Of a DNA stretch of 64,000 bases, positions 40,101-52,300 are shown one piece after another; the first letter of the stretch is position 1; each line of letters begins with the position of its first letter. Source of the stretch: Laetmonice hystrix (taxonomy: Eukaryota); contig OZ249437.1 of NCBI GenBank assembly GCA_965235115.1, positions 50,530,001 to 50,594,000 on the forward strand, in the 5' to 3' direction. The position numbers and the translations under genes were made by a program. A model generated the notes under the pieces. The model was not told the origin of the DNA, did no database searches, and worked only from the letters and a program-made list of their open reading frames with translations.

Positions 40101-41556
40101 CAAAGGACAAACTTTCAGGATTTACCAAACTATGCATGCAAATTGCAAAACATTTCAAGGTATATTTGAGAGAACATTTTCTCTCTATCATGCAAACAGC
40201 ACTGAAAGCTGAAATACCCCCCCCCCCCTCCCTCCTAACAACAATCTCAGTGCAGAGGAGTCTGATACCGAATACTGTAGATTGGCACAAGTGCAGTTTC
40301 AGTGGAATGCTTTTCTATCACCTAATGCCATCCATTTTAAGGGAACATCACATATAAATGATTTATATAAAAGTTATAAATAGATTTTTTTACTGGAAAA
40401 AGTCTAAAGTCTAACTTGAATCCCTGGGACTATAAACCAACACACCTTATTGAACCTTGCAAAGGGGTAATCCTTGCCCTCATCTGCTACTCTACGCCAG
40501 TGGTAGAATACTGCACCATCCTTAGGGAAAGAAAACAGACCTAAGTTGCATAACTTCCATAATCACTGCATATGGGTCCAACATCACTCTTTTGAATTCA
40601 TCAGATTAAAATTGTTTAAATACCTTCTCTTCTGTATGCTCGAGAAAAAAATATACTTAAAAAGTTTTAATCAATACTTGATTAAGACTACGTTTAAAAA
40701 TACTTCCCTTCAATACAGAACACTATGTAAAAGGTATTGCAGTGAGACAACAACAAAAACTGAATTCAACTACAAGGCATAATTTACCCGGTATCGCATC
40801 GCAGTTTGCAACCCGATTTCACCCCTTTGCGATTCAAAAACAGTATGCTTCGCAATAAATTGCTATTCAAATCCCTTCTGAGTAGCAGGCACTGCGAATC
40901 AATTCTCCTGAAGTAAATTATCCCTGAACTAACAAACCTTCCGTGCCGGGTTTGTGAATGGCATCCACTTCCATGGTCTGACTTTACTCCGACCTATTTT
41001 AGCTTTGGGTTGTTTGTAGCCTTGCTTGGAGTCTGTGGGCATGACAGGAGGTTGATCTCTGGAAGGAACAAAAGCTGCGTATAAACTTGAGCATTATGTG
41101 TGAAAGCTAAAGGATGAGATACATAACTTTGAGTTAGCACGCTGAAGGTGAGCGCTTTATTTCTATCCTAGAGAGATCCCTGTATCCTTACTTGTTGTCT
41201 GTCCATAGTAGGCCCCATAATTCTCGGTGCATGCCCTCTGGTCGTTTGAATGTCAAGTCATTCTTTTTCAAATTTTTTTTCTGAAAAGAAGAAATAGATC
41301 TTGGTTTTGGTATTTTTGGTAGCAAAAAATCATCATATTTCTAAATATATTGTATTGCTTATCATGATAAGTGATGCTTAAATCTATAAATTCAGAAAAT
41401 CACAATTGTGTAAAGGAGTACGATGTAGCTACTTTCTCCAACATTACATTTACAGCTTACCTTTTTGTCTCCAAAGAGAGCATCTTTGGTGATAAATTCA
41501 TTGTTCTGAGAATCATCTAACTCCAAAATGTCACGCACATCACTGCCCATCGCCAT
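37199..41556 (-). CDS. DMAP1: DNA methyltransferase 1-associated protein 1 (SWC4/EAF2 homologue, SANT domain), 477 aa
   Basis: Exons on minus: 41556-41461, 41280-41192, 41058-40938, 40520-40446, 39990-39772, 39545-39438, 39216-39025, 38739-38668, 38453-38381, 38096-37942, 37615-37445, 37261-37199. GT-AG introns with compatible phases, 1434 nt. Motifs: DVRDILEL, FKRPEGMHRE, VRPWKWMPFTNPARKDG, DYPFARFNK, WTRQETDHLFELCKRFDLRF, EDLKERYY, GIKFPDFK, VGQKKIKA, CEYELQTLRHR. Confidence 0.97.
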
Positions 41557-41668
41557 TGTACTTTAAATTATTCAGCTGAAAACAGAAAAACTCATAGCAA
41601 ATTCTAATCGTAAACCAAATCTGCATAGAAACAGGGATGGCATCAGCGTCTACGCATAATAATATGGC

Positions 41669-41907
41669 AGTGGTTATTCTGCCGGCGTATGGATGGGTCA
41701 TGTGACTGCAATACTGGATTCTTATTGGATGATGTCTGATGGCAGAATAGTGGATTATCTAATTAGTGCCTAATTAACAACAATTTTGGGACTAAACTAA
41801 CGCTAACCCTAGGCCTAATCTTCACCCTAACCCAAACACATTGTTTCATGTTGGTAATTAGTCAAACTAAATTATTTATTCTGCCGTCTGACGGCAGAAT
41901 AACCACT
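41669..41907. mobile_element. Small TIR element in the DMAP1 5' intron
   Basis: agtggttattctgccg ... cggcagaataaccact (16-bp perfect inverted repeat), with internal cctaacc-like repeats. Confidence 0.6.
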
Positions 41908-41973
41908 CAGGCCACTGGCACTGCCTAATAATTAGGAACAGGGACGCAAAATTTGAATGTATTAATATTATCA

Positions 41974-42289
41974 CAGGCGTAGGAACCGGGGGCAGCAGGG
42001 GGGGGGCATCAGCCCCAATATCAAAAGTGGGGGGGGGGGGGGGGCTGAAGTGTGTTTCAGCCCCCCAACATTTGGGTGCTTTCTTGATCGAGGCGGGTTT
42101 CATGCCGATTTTCTATGTATCACGCATTAAAAATGAAGGAATTTTGTAGATTTTAGAGAGATTTTTGCTTCGAGATGCTCAGAAAATACGTCTCCGGCAT
42201 TCCTGCAAATAAATTTTCGGGGGGAGGGCCCCAACCTTCAGCCCCCCCTCCCCACCCCACCCAACCAAACATAGCTTCCGACACCTATG
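41974..42289. mobile_element. GC-rich MITE
   Basis: Imperfect TIRs caggcgtaggaacc / gcttccgacacctatg with poly-G tracts. Confidence 0.55.
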
Positions 42290-42946
42290 AATGATTATGC
42301 TCCAATTTTAGATGGTACTTGCGTCCTTGGGATCCCCGGAAACCAAATTTAAAAACCGCTAGCCAGAACACTGGGGCATATGACTGACAGAGGAACTCAG
42401 GCACTTACTGTGTACGTTTTCTGGTGTGGTTACTAGATCTATTATTAGTATTAGCATTACTATACGTTATAATTACCTCTATTATCGCCCGCTTCCCGAA
42501 TTTTTTAAACCATTGTTGTTTTTAGTCCACCCATAGAAAAGACCAAGTAAGTACGTCAAAGTACAAGCAGAATAACTTCAATTTCTACCTACCGTTGATA
42601 AAATCCTCTTCTCAGTTTTCGGGATTAGTAAACCAACAATCATTTGTTCACTTATAGCTGCATCGTAGTTATCTCCAACACCTGCAGGTGGCGGTAGATT
42701 GTTTAGCCTGGTTCCCCTGCCCGCCGCTGCGCTCCTTGGCGCTAATGGTCGACCATCAGCGCCAAGGAGCGGCCTGACCCTGACCCCGTAGGCTACACCC
42801 CCTGAGGCTCCTCCCCCAAATCCTCGCCTGTCCCGTTGATTGGGAACCCCCCTGGCTACACCCTTGATTTTGGACAAATTGACCCTGTCTGCGTGATGCG
42901 GCAGCGCCTTCTGGAGGAAATTTTGATAACTATGCCGTCTAGCCTA

Positions 42947-43190
42947 GGCCCGGTTTCTCGAAAATACTTAAGTCTGAGTTTCACTCAACTTTACTCAACT
43001 CAGGAAATGGAGGATTCACATTGGCTAAAAATATAGGGCCCGGTTTCTCGAAAATACTTAAGTCTGAGTTTCACTCAACTTTACTCAACTCAGGAAATGG
43101 AGGATTCACATTGGCTAAAAACGTTCTTTTGAGTAGATTTGAGTGAAACTCAGACTTAAGTATACTTAAGTATGTTCGAGAAATCGGGCC
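42947..43190. mobile_element. PIF/Harbinger-like MITE with duplicated left end
   Basis: TIRs ggcccggtttctcgaaaatacttaagt / acttaagtatgttcgagaaatcgggcc with TSD CTA on both sides. The first 90 bp or so occur twice in tandem. Confidence 0.8.
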
Positions 43191-43430
43191 CTAGTCTAAC
43201 TTTACTGTCTTTAGGCATGGCCGAGTTCGCCAAACGAAACCACAAGTCATGTTGATATCGGATTAGTTGCAGATTTTCTTACAATCTGTAACGCTTCTAA
43301 AATATCCTTATCCCTGCTTGATATATGATAGTTATGTTTCTGTTTGTCGTTATTGATGTTTGAAGTGCCGATGCGCAGTGCAAGACGGTCTGCCTACGGT
43401 ACGGTCCTTTGGCTTTGACAGCCGCGCCAC

Positions 43431-43579
43431 TGATTAGTTCCATAATACCCGCTAGACGGCACTGAATAGGGTGCCGCCATCTATCGTTTTAACTCTGAAC
43501 TAATATCGAGTTCCAAGTCAAAAGGATAGATGGCAGCACCATTTTCCGTGCCATCTAGCGGGAATTATGGAACTAATCA
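43431..43579. repeat. 149-bp hairpin (55-bp arms, 39-bp loop)
   Basis: 43431-43485 is the reverse complement of 43525-43579 with about 7 mismatches. Confidence 0.9.
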
Positions 43580-43790
43580 CGTTTCATCGGCAGCGTGTCA
43601 AGGGGGCGTTAAGAAGTCAAAGGTTAAAATGATGATTGGATTCCCTGCAGGTTCAAACGTGTCGAACGTGTGTTGTTGATGTAAAATCATTTCAGCTTTC
43701 AAGGTTTCATAAAAGTGCCGCCAGAAGGCGCTGGTGTATATTGACCGTTCCGAGAATGGGTGGCCCGTGCATTTCAAAAAAGAAACTGAT

Positions 43791-44585
43791 AGTAACATGG
43801 GGCAAGACGCCCACCTTAAGCAGCTTTGCTCATAGCACACTAAATAATCAATTCTTTTGATTGAATTGCATATAGGGGAAATGTGAATGCTTATTCCTAG
43901 AAATCGGATGCATTAAATCTTAGAAACAATGATACGTCTGTTCATGGGAGTCAATGAAATATTTTCTCCAAAAAGGGCCTTTTGCCCCAACGCCGAGGCA
44001 AAAGGCCCACCTCCCAGGGGTAAAACGCCCACCCTTCTATTTTTTAAAAATAACGCTTCCGAATAAGTTAAAAGTTGTTTTTATGCCGAAAACCATATGA
44101 AAGTAATAGATTATGAGAAAACCATTAATCCGAAGTCCTTAACACCATCATTGGGGCAAAAGGCCCCTAGTGAGGCAAAAGGCCCACACTGGGCCCAACA
44201 CATTGTGGGCTTTTTGCCCCAGAGGATATCATGACGAATGACGTAGAGTTTCTCATTATCACCCCATTACTCTCCTCAGAATCTGATCTAAACTCAAAGA
44301 AAACATTCAAAACAATACATCTATTCCATTTCAGAAACAACTTGAGCACTTTATGGAGCAGGTTAACTATGTTTCTACCCCTCGATTTTACAAGAAATGA
44401 CACAAAATACAAAAAATGCGCATAAAATTTTAACGTGTAATGACGCCTACCTGGAATTTCAGAAGAATGAAACGACATATGGCAGGACCTGTATCATGTT
44501 CCAACAATGTTTGCATTATGCACCAGATGGCAGATATAGGGACTGGGCCTTTTACCCCGGGTGGGCGTCTTGCCCAGTGTTACTT
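43791..44585. mobile_element. Non-autonomous Tc1/pogo-like DNA element
   Basis: About 25-bp TIRs agtaacatggggcaagacgcccacc / ggtgggcgtcttgcccagtgttact with TA-like flanks and subterminal ggggcaaaaggccc repeats. Superfamily is inferred. Confidence 0.6.
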
Positions 44586-46470
44586 ACAGTCTACGACAGT
44601 GCCACTGGATTACCTTAACAGTCAATGTTCGGTAGAAATAATGTGTAGCTCTATCTAGGAAAATATGGATTCCGTCTCATTTCGGAAGATGTGTGTAGGG
44701 GGGAGGGTCCATTGTCCTGCTCGACCACCATTTGAAGCTCCTTTATTAGGGGAGTGGCGGTGGCCTAGTGGGCATGGATGTCGACACCTTATGCTATGCG
44801 AATGGGTGCAGTAATCTTGGGGCCGGGGTTCGATTCCTGTAGAGGACTATACAACTTTTCTCTTTAGGGACATTGTCAAAGTAATTGGGTTACCCCTGAT
44901 GCCCGTGCATTTTAAAAAAGAAAAATACAGTCAGGTCGGGTATAATATAGGTTCCTATTCACCCCGGGGTTCGATTCCTGTAGAGGACTATACAACTTTT
45001 CTCTTTAGGGACATTGTCAAAGTAATTGGGTTACCCCTGATGCCCGTGCATTTCAAAAAAGAAAAATACAGTCTACGCCAGTGCCAGGATTACCTTAACA
45101 GTTAATGTTCGGTAGAAATCACGTGTAGCTCTATCTAGGAAAATATGGATTCCGTCTCATTTCGGAAGAAGTGTGTAGGGGGGAGGGTCCATTTTCCTGC
45201 TCGACCACCAAAGCTCCTTTTTTAGGGGAGTGGCGGTGGCCGAGTGGGCATGGGTGTCGACACCTTATGCTATGCGAATGGGTGCAGTAATCTTGGGGCC
45301 GGGGTTCGATTCCTGTAGAGGACTATACAACTTTTCTCTTTAGGGACATTGTCAAAGTAATTGGGTTACCCCTGATGCCCGTGCATTTCAAAAGAAAAAT
45401 ACAGTCTACGCCAGTGCCAGGATTACCTTAACAGTCAATGTTCGGTAGAAATCATGTGTAGCTCTAACTAGGAAAATATGGATTCCGTCTCATTTCAAAA
45501 AGATGTGTGTAGGGGGGAGGGTCCATTGTCCTGCTCGACCACCAAAGCTCCTTTTTTAGGGGAGTGGCGGTGGCCTAGTGGGCATGGATGTCGACACCTT
45601 ATGCTATGCGAATGGGTGCAGTAATCTTAGGGCCTGGGTTCGATTCCTGTAGAGGACTATACAACTTTTCTCTTTAGGGACATTGTCAAAGTAATTGGGT
45701 TACCCCTGATGCCCGTGCATTTCAAAAGAAAAATACAGGCAGGTGGGGTATATAGCGGCCTAATCACACGCCAGTGCCAGGATTACCTTAACAGTCAATG
45801 TTCGGTAGAAATCATGTGTAGCTCTAACTAGGAAAATATGGATTCCGTCTCATTTCAAAAAGATGTGTGTAGGGGGGAGGGTCCATTGTCCTGCTCGACC
45901 ACCAAAGCTCCTTTTTTAGGGGAGTGGCGGTGGCCTAGTGGGCATGGATGTCGACACCTTATGCTATGCGAATGGGTGCAGTAATCTTAGGGCCTGGGTT
46001 CGATTCCTGTAGAGGACTATACAACTTTTCTCTTTAGGGACATTGTCAAAGTAATTGGGTTACCCCTGATGCCCGTGCATTTCAAAAGAAAAATACAGGC
46101 AGGTGGGGTATATAGCGGCCTAATCACACGCCAGTGCCAGGATTACCTTAACAGTCAATGTTCGGTAGAAATCATGTGTAGCTCTAACTAGGAAAATATG
46201 GATTCCGTCTCATTTCAAAAAGATGTGTGTAGGGGGGAGGGTCCATTGTCCTGCTCGACCACCAAAGCTCCTTTTTTAGGGGAGTGGCGGTGGCCTAGTG
46301 GGCATGGATGTCGACACCTTATGCTATGCGAATGGGTGCAGTAATCTTAGGGCCTGGGTTCGATTCCTGTAGAGGACTATACAACTTTTCTCTTTAGGGA
46401 CATTGTCAAAGTAATTGGGTTACCCCTGATGCCCGTGCATTTCAAAAAAGAAAAATACAGTCAGGTGGGG
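44586..46470 (+). repeat. About 360-bp tandem array (about 5 units) with a tRNA-derived SINE-like Pol III head in each unit
   Basis: Heads ggggagtggcggtggcc(t/g)agtgg start at 44749, 45225, 45559, 45919 and 46279. A box TGGCCTAGTGG, B box GGTTCGATTCC, A-rich tail. 45421-45780 and 45781-46140 are identical, and 46141-46440 matches them. Confidence 0.9.
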
Positions 46471-49367
46471 TATATATAGGGGAGTAATCACTACAATCAG
46501 TTGGTCCCGTGTCAGTCGTGTTGCCGAATCGAATTGGGCGGAGACTCAATGGGCATTGGTTATATTTTGATTAAGCTGCCTGTAGTGGTTAAAGAATAGC
46601 ACCTACCATAGAACTGTACTGTTACACAACAGACGCGAAGCCTCTGGCGAGGTCTGGGACGCGAAGCCTTCAGCGGGCTGGGGGGGGGGGGGTCTGCGGA
46701 CCCTCCCCAGAAAATACTGAGACCATTAAAGTGTCAAATATAGGGCCTACGCGTTTTTCTGGCATCTGGGAACACAATCCAAGGTCTTAGTTGGGCCTGG
46801 CTGAAAAAGCTTTTTTTTAAATTAACAAAAGCGGCCGAACACCTTTTATAAAAACCTTGACCGCAGTCAAATACTCTGTGATGGAATGGAACATGCTAGG
46901 AACATTTACATATAATATATGTAGGCCCTATATTATATGCATATATTATATGCTTATATGCCTATATATAATATCAAAAATTTAGGCCTAAGATATTGTG
47001 AAGTTCCGAGGCTCATAATCTACCAGCACCTTCTCACCATGATTAGAACACGGTGAGAAACAGATGCCCGCGTCAAAGGTTCATTTTCCAGTACTACTCA
47101 CTGGGCGGCCAGGCTTACGTTATAGCTCGGGATTCCCCGTGTCGACTTAGAGGTAGAAATTTATATGTATAAACGTTACTTGGGGCCAGACTCGGTGCGT
47201 CGGCTTAGGCCAAGTGGTGACTAAATATTCTACATAGAATTAACATTAGACCAAATCGGGACTTTGGGAATTTCGTCGACTTAGGTGATTTGTCGGCTTA
47301 CACGCTGGCGACTACGGAGTTTGCATAGCTATAGTAAAACTCAGCAAGCGCTGCATGGTGTGAGCCCATTCGGGATTCCCTCGGGCATATCATGTCATTC
47401 TGGCTATTCTAATATAGGCCTACCTTTCGAGTAGAAATGACCGAGGGATTCCCGATTAGGTGTTAGCCGTTCACTTGAGGTTTTCACTTGATTTTCACGG
47501 CGGGGGCCGGGTTATGGATGCGATGGGTTCGAATATTTCGATGGATAACGTAGGACGCCAAAGTAGGAAAAACAAAGTAAGAAGGGGGCAATTCACAAAC
47601 CGGCGTTAGAAAAAGGGATTTTATTCCCAGATTTATATTACAGTAGTTACTCATACTTGTTATGTCAACTGAAATGCACCGTAAAACGTTCCCTGTCCAG
47701 ACGATCAACGTCATTTCATTCAAAGATAATGTTGATAGGCCTAGGCCAACAGGCCATAATAACTGCGTCGAAAGTAGTGAAATATTTGGCTTATTATACA
47801 TGTGTTGTCCCAGGTGTGTAGCTTTCGAAAGCCAAACCAGCAGTTTTGGTATCCTTCTGACAATGACGATGATACAGGGGAGGAGAACCGTTCTACGGCC
47901 AAAAAACAACAACGACCCTCGGTGGCTGTCACAAGTTGAAACACAGTTGTCACAGTGATCTGTGGCACCTAATTACAGGTTGCCTATAGACCTTTTTAAA
48001 TGCAATGCCATAATTGTTATTCCCATACACGTACTTCTTTCTTCTTTTTATATTATTTCTATTGAGGGACCTAGGCCACTCAGCCCCATACAGGACCCAA
48101 GAGCTGAAGGTTTAGAGCCCTGTTCTTTGGTAACGTGGATAGAAGAAAGTAGGACTGATCAAGTATAGCCTATGCTATAGAATAATAATTATGTTGACGA
48201 TTTCTGCAATTTGCCAACGGACTGCCATCACACAAAATCACTTGCCCATCCCATTACAAAAAGATGACTCGACCCTTCCAGTTGACCTACAGGTCTATAC
48301 ACGTTAGTGTGGTAGGCCAAAGTGGACCACATTTTAAGTACAGTGTCATTAATCTATAAGGTTAAACTTCAAGCTAAGGTCACAATCGTGAAATCAGCAG
48401 TACTTGGTATATAAGGAGCGGATTTCAGACCTGCCAACCTGCTATACGTAAACAGCTGAATAAAGTATAAAAAAAATAAGAAATTCATATTTTGTTGTAA
48501 AAAATTGTATTGGCATATTTCTGCATAAAAACAAGAAAATGGATCAATTCGAATCATTATACAAAGTTCATATTGTGATTCCTGGCGGAGCTGTTCTTCC
48601 AAGGAACTGTCGCATTTTTCACGCGAGAAGAGAAAGTAAGCACCGGGACATAGAACATAGAAGAGGCACAGTTGACAGTCGCGTTATAATCTTGATTTCA
48701 TGTTGAAATACCTGTTCTAATTGCCCTCGGCTGGCCAGACATGGCGTTAGAACTCGTTAGACGAAAGTATGTTTCGGGAATTATGAGAGAAATATGAATT
48801 TTTCGTAAAATATAGTTCTGTTTTCACCAAATTTCTTACTGCCGTATTTTGAATACCAACTCATAGTAAATACGATTTTTTCGTAGTGGTTCGCAGGTCT
48901 GAAATTTGTTAAACATTTAGTTTCCTACTTAATAGATCAGTTCTATCGATAAAAGTTTTGCAGAATCTTTGACATTGTTGAGTATACGACTAGTTCGTCT
49001 AATCAGTCAAAATGATCGGTTTTCAATAAACCGGTATACAACATGATGCTAGAAATAATAATTTATCACAGACAGTCATACCAACACGACTATGATATAA
49101 TGACGGGAATATTAGTTTCCCGGCCATCTCGTAACTTTTGAACGCCACAACTGGTGTGTCTACACAGACGAATGGCACTCAATGATATCCTGTTCGTAAT
49201 TAATGTCTAGTGTAGCTTTACATTTACTTCTTTGTACATAATATATACACTCAAAGCCGTCAGAACGACATGATGACATAGTACTGTCGTTTAGATTGAC
49301 TACATACATCTCCAATCACCGCCTTTATTTTCCAAAGGCCTGAACAACCTTCATCCAATATCGCTTT

Positions 49368-52300
49368 TCAAAACGTAGTCAAATCGTCGCTAGATTCAAT
49401 CTCGACGACAACTTTGCCAGGTTTCAAGACGTCCTTCTCTTTCTTTCCCTTGCCGTACAGGTCGATGGTTAACGTTGTCCTGTTGTCGTAACTAATATCA
49501 TGAATCTCTCCCTGTCCCAGGAACTCATCGATCAATGTCTTGTGGTTCATCACCTGTACAGTATCAAAATGGTAACTTTAAACTCACGAAATCTGGTCGT
49601 AAACCTTCTCAACTACATTGTATGTCGTTCTATAGGCAAGAATAGCCTACGAATAGCAATAAAAAGCGCTGGCTCGAAAAAAACGGATTTCGTTCTAAGT
49701 TATAGCCCCATTGTTGCGCTCCATAAGCAGTGTGATAAGCATGGTAAACGCCGTATGGATTCATAAATCACTAATTGGTATGTAATAACCTACCTCAATT
49801 ATAATCGGGTGGCCAGGGTTCTTACGATAAAACAATAAATTAAAGATCCATTCTGGGTTGGCTGCCTCGCGACAGAATCCACTTTTGACCGTTTCTCCTT
49901 CGCATTTCACCGATACCATCGGATTTGGAACTGTAACATTTATATTGATTCCGGTAATTAGATATAAGTAGGACTTTTGAGTTTTGTTGGAGTTCTTTGT
50001 AACAGCAAATCTCTGAAGTAAAATAATATCAAACAGATAGGGACCTTATTACAGACCTCCTGCACGGGTAAACTGATATAAACACTTACTCTAAAACAAC
50101 GAATGAAAATAAATGTGCGAATACGTAAGACATATAAAGATACGTACGGACATTTGGATCCTTTAAACTTTGTAGACCTTCTGCACTCTTCAGAGATACA
50201 CGAGTGACAAGGGCGTATCCCTTCGCGCACGTGCCTTTCTTGGGACAGTCTAGTTCCAGTTCCCTGGCCGCTGCGCCTGCGCTGGTGTACATCCTGAGCA
50301 AGAACCTGGCAGCAATACCTGGTTCATGGGTCGAAGGAATGATGACGTAACGTCCTTTGTTCAAGGTCAGTCGCTGGAATATACTACGCGCCCTGGTGTA
50401 AGCTGAGACAGCCATCTTGTCCCCGGCAATGTGTACACGATATTTTCTGTTTTCTTCAACCTAGAGAATACAAATGTACGGGTGTGATTTTTTTAAAAAG
50501 AAAGGATGGATATAGTTGTCTTTTAGATACATAATTTCAAAAGCATGAAAAACCAAAATAGCTGGCATACATGATAGATTTGCCTACAGTAGGCCTACAG
50601 ATATAAAAACACCTTTGTATAGGCCTATACCCGTGGGGAGACACCCCACAACAAAAAGCCCCTAGGATCGTTCACTGACCCTCATGATGTGGAATCCGAT
50701 TTGTTTGTGGTCCTCGCCCGTCATCTTTCCACCTCCGGTGTCGTGTTGTTCTAGTGATACCATGAAAGTGTCGCCGGAAGCCGGGGTTATGTCGAACACG
50801 TACTGAAAAATACACAAAATTTACCGTCTGTGTCTTATTTGTCGGAAGTTATCGGCCCTACATGCCACGAGGACATACAAAAATGGGGGCATCGACGCAC
50901 CGAGCTGTCAAAATGTGATAGTATAGGCCTTGTCCTATACTACTCCGGTAATCAAGGCTGCTTTCTCAACTTATTAAAAGATTCTTTACAAAAAAAAGGT
51001 GGAACCATAGGCTTATAAATAACACAATTTTTACCTTTTCAAACGTTGCTATAGAAGGTGTGTATTGTTACCTGTGGGTTGTATAGGAATTTGTCAGGGA
51101 AATCCTCGCAGCCCCCGGCCCTGTCTCTCTTTGTGCCCCGGGCCCCCACAGTCCACTCCCCATGCATCATCGTTTCGTTCCAGGTCTTCTTCAGCGAGAA
51201 GAACGAAGTGTTCACGAAGTGGCAGATGTCTAACTTGGTGAAGTATTTCAAAAAGTCCTCGTATGCCATCCTGGAATAATGAGCATGCAGTCTGAGATCT
51301 AAATACGATACAGGCCTACATTATTGTGCATGGTGGAGGGCGAGATGCTAAACATTGCTCAGCGAGCCCGGAGCCTATAATTGACATAGGCCATAACACT
51401 CATAGAATGTAGAAAACTAATTTCTTACCAAAATTCTCCCTCCTGTTGAAATGTGATGCCCATTTCTTCTCTGTCTGTTAGTGACAATGATTTCCACTCC
51501 GGAGAACTGGCGGCAACAAGAAAACAATGTATTAAACAACTGCCATTACTATCTTATGGGTTCCATCGGAAGTCATATAATTATCAACAATGATAATATA
51601 GTAGGTGTAGGTTTTTTAAAGACCGCTGCGGAATTAGCGATTGAAACTTTAAGCCTACAAGCTGATTTTCACTGCATGGTTTTTTCAAATGCGGCAAATA
51701 CGCCAAAAACACATAATGTGGCTTAATTGACTCTACAGAGGAATAATTATTTACTGCTTAACTTCCCATAACAGTGGTCCGTCCACCTTGGCATTTCAAA
51801 GATACAAGTTACGAGTTAGCACTGCTGGATCCAAAATTTGGTTATGGTCGTTGGCTCTCATGTTTGTACAATGGGGGGTCAGTATAAGGTTAGTCTCAAA
51901 GGTGCCGCACATTTGTCACACAGAAGAAGGTTTTGGATCAACCAATGCTATGGGTCGTCTTACTCTTTCGACCATGCCCCCTTCCACTCCGTCGACGGAT
52001 TACGTAACCGTACAAGACGTAGACGGCTAACTCCCCAGGCAACCATTGCCGACTTCAAACCATGTCGTGCTTGTGTGCAGTGAGCAGTGAGCCTATTCTC
52101 AATGGACGTGCATATAGTTATGGTTATAAATGTGAAAAGGTTTATAAATTACAGAGACCATACAGATCCACTATCTCATAAGCTTGTTCATGACCTTAAG
52201 TGTTCCAAGGTCAAAGAAGACCATCACGATTTAGATTAAGAATGCGGTGCAGGTACTTGGACTTCAGTTATGGAATCGTTATGATGTATAAGTAGGCCTA

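Noticed and set aside
44749-46400. tRNA genes or hammerhead retrozyme in the 360-bp array
   Set aside because: No cloverleaf acceptor or anticodon stem could be paired, and the only core-like motif is CTGATGC rather than CTGANGA with GAAA. An Infernal search would settle it.
47484-47958. Overlapping 142-aa (minus) and 98-aa (plus) ORFs
   Set aside because: No homology or motif recognised and no splice signals linking them to a gene.
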